In this document: piece after piece, positions 32,809 through 34,903 of the stretch
How positions within the stretch are numbered: the stretch's first letter is position 1
Layout of the letters: every line of letters starts with the position of its first letter
Assembly (NCBI GenBank): GCA_046050355.1
Contig: JBJOPW010000012.1
Coordinates: forward strand, 1-34,903
Reading direction: 5' to 3'
DNA: 34,903 nucleotides
DNA from: Candidatus Parcubacteria bacterium
GTDB taxonomy: Bacteria > Patescibacteriota > Minisyncoccia > Phycocordibacterales > UBA918
Notes under the pieces: generated by a model
The model's input: the letters and a program-made list of their open reading frames with translations, nothing else
What the model was told of the DNA's origin: nothing
The model's database searches: none
Program-made: the position numbers and the translations under genes

Positions 32809-32847
32809 ATCACTTCCTATAGTACCACTACATCAAAAAAGTAGCAG

Positions 32848-33114
32848 TTAGTTTTCCTCAGAAATAGCTGTAGCCATGTCCGTGTTGTTGGTCTTGGTGT
32901 TTAATTTTTCGATTTCATCAGCAAAGATTTCTCCAAACTGAGGATATGTTTGTAAGAGTTGCGGTAACAGATCTTCAGCTTCTACATGCTCATCCAACCA
33001 CGTTTCAAATTGTTCTCCAGCGGCATCATCAATGCTAGCAACGTAACGTTCTATGGCTGCCATAAAAATGGCAAAGGCTCGTTCTTCTTCTGGATTCATG
33101 GTGTCGTTGGACAT
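32848..33114 (-). CDS. Small acidic hypothetical protein
   Basis: ORF from MSNDT, 7 nt after the upstream stop; helical and acidic. Confidence 0.65.
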   Translation of the reverse strand: MSNDTMNPEEERAFAIFMAAIERYVASIDDAAGEQFETWLDEHVEAEDLLPQLLQTYPQFGEIFADEIEKLNTKTNNTDMATAISEEN

Positions 33115-33121
33115 AATCAAA

Positions 33122-34780
33122 TTAATTACTCTTTGTAGTTGCTTCTGCGAGAACACGCGCACGAATCACTTCTTCCCCAGTGAGGGTTGAGTCAATTTCA
33201 TATGGCGCTTGACCTTCTGCTCGAGCTTTGATGATAAGATCGTACATACTCTTAGCACTTTCAAAGGAGATTTTCCGAACTTCAAGTTCGCGCGCTACTT
33301 CTGTTAGTGCTTGCATCATTATCTTTGTGAGTTCACCAACTGACATTGCCAGAAGCGCACGATTATCGGGAACCCGCGGTGTAAACCAGCTATCAATCAT
33401 TGCCGACGCTTTGGGTGCAATACCAAGTGATTCAAGTTTTTCATTGTACGCTTTACTATATTCGAGAATACCACCCGGATAGTTTTCAGGACTAGTCACG
33501 GCATCTGTGATGGCTTCAGACGCACTACCCGATTCTTCGACGGTATCAGAAATTATATCTACTTCTTGCGCACTCGTTTTGATGACTGGACTGTCTTTTA
33601 CAAGTACTCCTGACGTACTGGCAGAGTCGTAGGTGGCTAGAACTTTTTTAGCCACTGCATCAGCGAGGTAACGTGCTGTCATCTGTAGTGGTACGACGGC
33701 ACCAGCAGGTACCATATCCTTATCAGTAAGCTTGAGATTGTCGAGGGCTCCCGGTGTTGCAAGATAAGCAGCCAATGCCTCCTCTACCACCGGCAAACGA
33801 TCACCCTCAGATAAAACAGCCAAATCACGAGCAAATGATTTCGCTACGAGCTGGGTAAGGTTATCTCCAGCCTCTGCTACCTCGGTATGGGGAACTTTAA
33901 GGTACTGGCGGTATTCATTAAACCGTTGATCAAGTCTTTCGACCGGATCGTGGTAATTAATTTTTTCACCGGGGAAAGTGACGTTCCTTTGACCACTTCC
34001 TACCCCAGCAGCTTTTAATCGGGTGGCATCAGCTAGAAACGCTTCTTTTTCTTCAGCTCGAAACCGACTGGCGAGTACCTCAGGAATACCAGTCGAATCC
34101 ACGGTCGCCAACAGCGGGTCGATAGCTCGGTCCGGATAGGTGGCTTCGTCTCCTTGCAAAACTTCAACCGTCGTACTCCTACTTCCTCCTGACTCCGCGG
34201 GAACAATAGTCTCTTGGTAGGCCGGGCTTTTTGGATCCACATCAACCACGGTCTCTGTCACCCCTTGGTCTACTCCTGATGACGACTGCGGTAATGGATC
34301 TTCCATGGCAGTGTTACTCTGCGGTGGCATATCAAATTGTACGGGCGATAAATTATCTGGTGCTGTTCTTTGTACGACAGCCTCTTCATACACTACTTTT
34401 GGCAGGATTTTCTCTATGGTTGAAGCTGCTGGTTGCTCAATGGCAGCACTCGCAACTGAAGGCTTGGTTTGTTCTATAGTTGACCAGACAGCATCTTGAC
34501 CAATACCAGCAATCGCATTGGTTTTTGGAACGTCAGCGGTAAAGACTGAGGCTTTGTTTCCTGCCTCTTCAGCTGATAAAAAGGTCGCAACAATTGCCGC
34601 CAGCGCCACTCTAGTTGCCGGTGTTACTCGCTTACTAATAATTTCCCGTATCCTCGATAGTCTTGATGTGGGTGTTTGTTCTTGACTCGCAACTTCCCTA
34701 GTAGCAACGGCTGGTACATTCACTATCGGTTCTTGAACAATGTCCGCATCAGCCTTTACTCGCATTTCTGGACCAAGAAC
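33122..34780 (-). pseudogene. Large membrane-anchored surface protein with degenerate LysM-like motifs, probably cut at its 5' end by an IS
   Basis: Frame stays open (VLGPE) up to the IS end at about 34781, then meets a TGA inside the IS hairpin; TM VALAAIVATFL; motifs GVGSGQRNVTFPGEKI and AEAGDNLTQLV...DMVPAGAVV. Confidence 0.55.
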
Positions 34781-34903
34781 TGAACCACCCTCGCCTCAAG
34801 GCGAGGGGTTCTTCGTGGCTTCAAGCACGGACTGAAGTCCTCTCGTTTGTTACGCACTGAGTACGGTGAAGTTGTCACCACGTTTTTCAGCGTCATCATC
34901 TTG
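34781..34903 (-). mobile_element. Right end of an IS200/IS605-family element including the last codons of a probable TnpA
   Basis: Minus strand: QDDDAEKRGDNFTVLSA* (34903-34850), then hairpins ggacttcagtcc, cgtgcttgaagccacg and ccctcgcc-ttga-ggcgaggg, ending GGTTCA; this is the subterminal hairpin architecture of Y1 HUH insertion sequences. Confidence 0.6.

Noticed and set aside
1-34903. Alternative genetic code (TGA read as Gly or Trp)
   Set aside because: Conserved genes are uninterrupted under code 11 and several ORFs end properly at TGA.

Overview
A 34.9-kb chromosomal segment of a bacterium that looks like Patescibacteria/CPR (Parcubacteria-like; this is inferred from gene content and from many near-leaderless promoters). 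TGA is used as a stop codon. The right two-thirds is a minus-strand housekeeping backbone: holB-like, frr, rseP, proS, mreBCD-mrdA, greA, lysS, a UbiA-family gene, and mraZ-rsmH-ftsL-ftsI-murF. It is interrupted by a RelB/RelE-type toxin-antitoxin pair and by a TrpR/YerC-like regulator gene flanked by three perfect palindromes that share a 20-bp core. The left third is accessory: yjjX (partial), GNAT, M48/YgjP peptidase, PIF1-like helicase, a GlcD-type FAD oxidoreductase with a lysine-rich tail, tRNA-Glu(TTC), a low-GC OLD-type ATPase/nuclease, and many self-contained small ORFan cassettes. The most striking non-coding signals are: (i) three diverged copies of a ~123-nt hairpin element, each abutting the stop codon of a minus-strand gene; (ii) a branched element built from inverted and direct copies of the tRNA-Glu 3' end, plus tRNA-like fragments upstream of the tRNA; (iii) the TrpR-like palindrome triplet; (iv) a 20-bp long-range stem that buries the murF start codon; (v) a probable IS200/IS605 right end at the window edge that truncates a large surface-protein gene. 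No CRISPR array or rRNA was seen. All family calls come from motifs read by eye; no database search was run.
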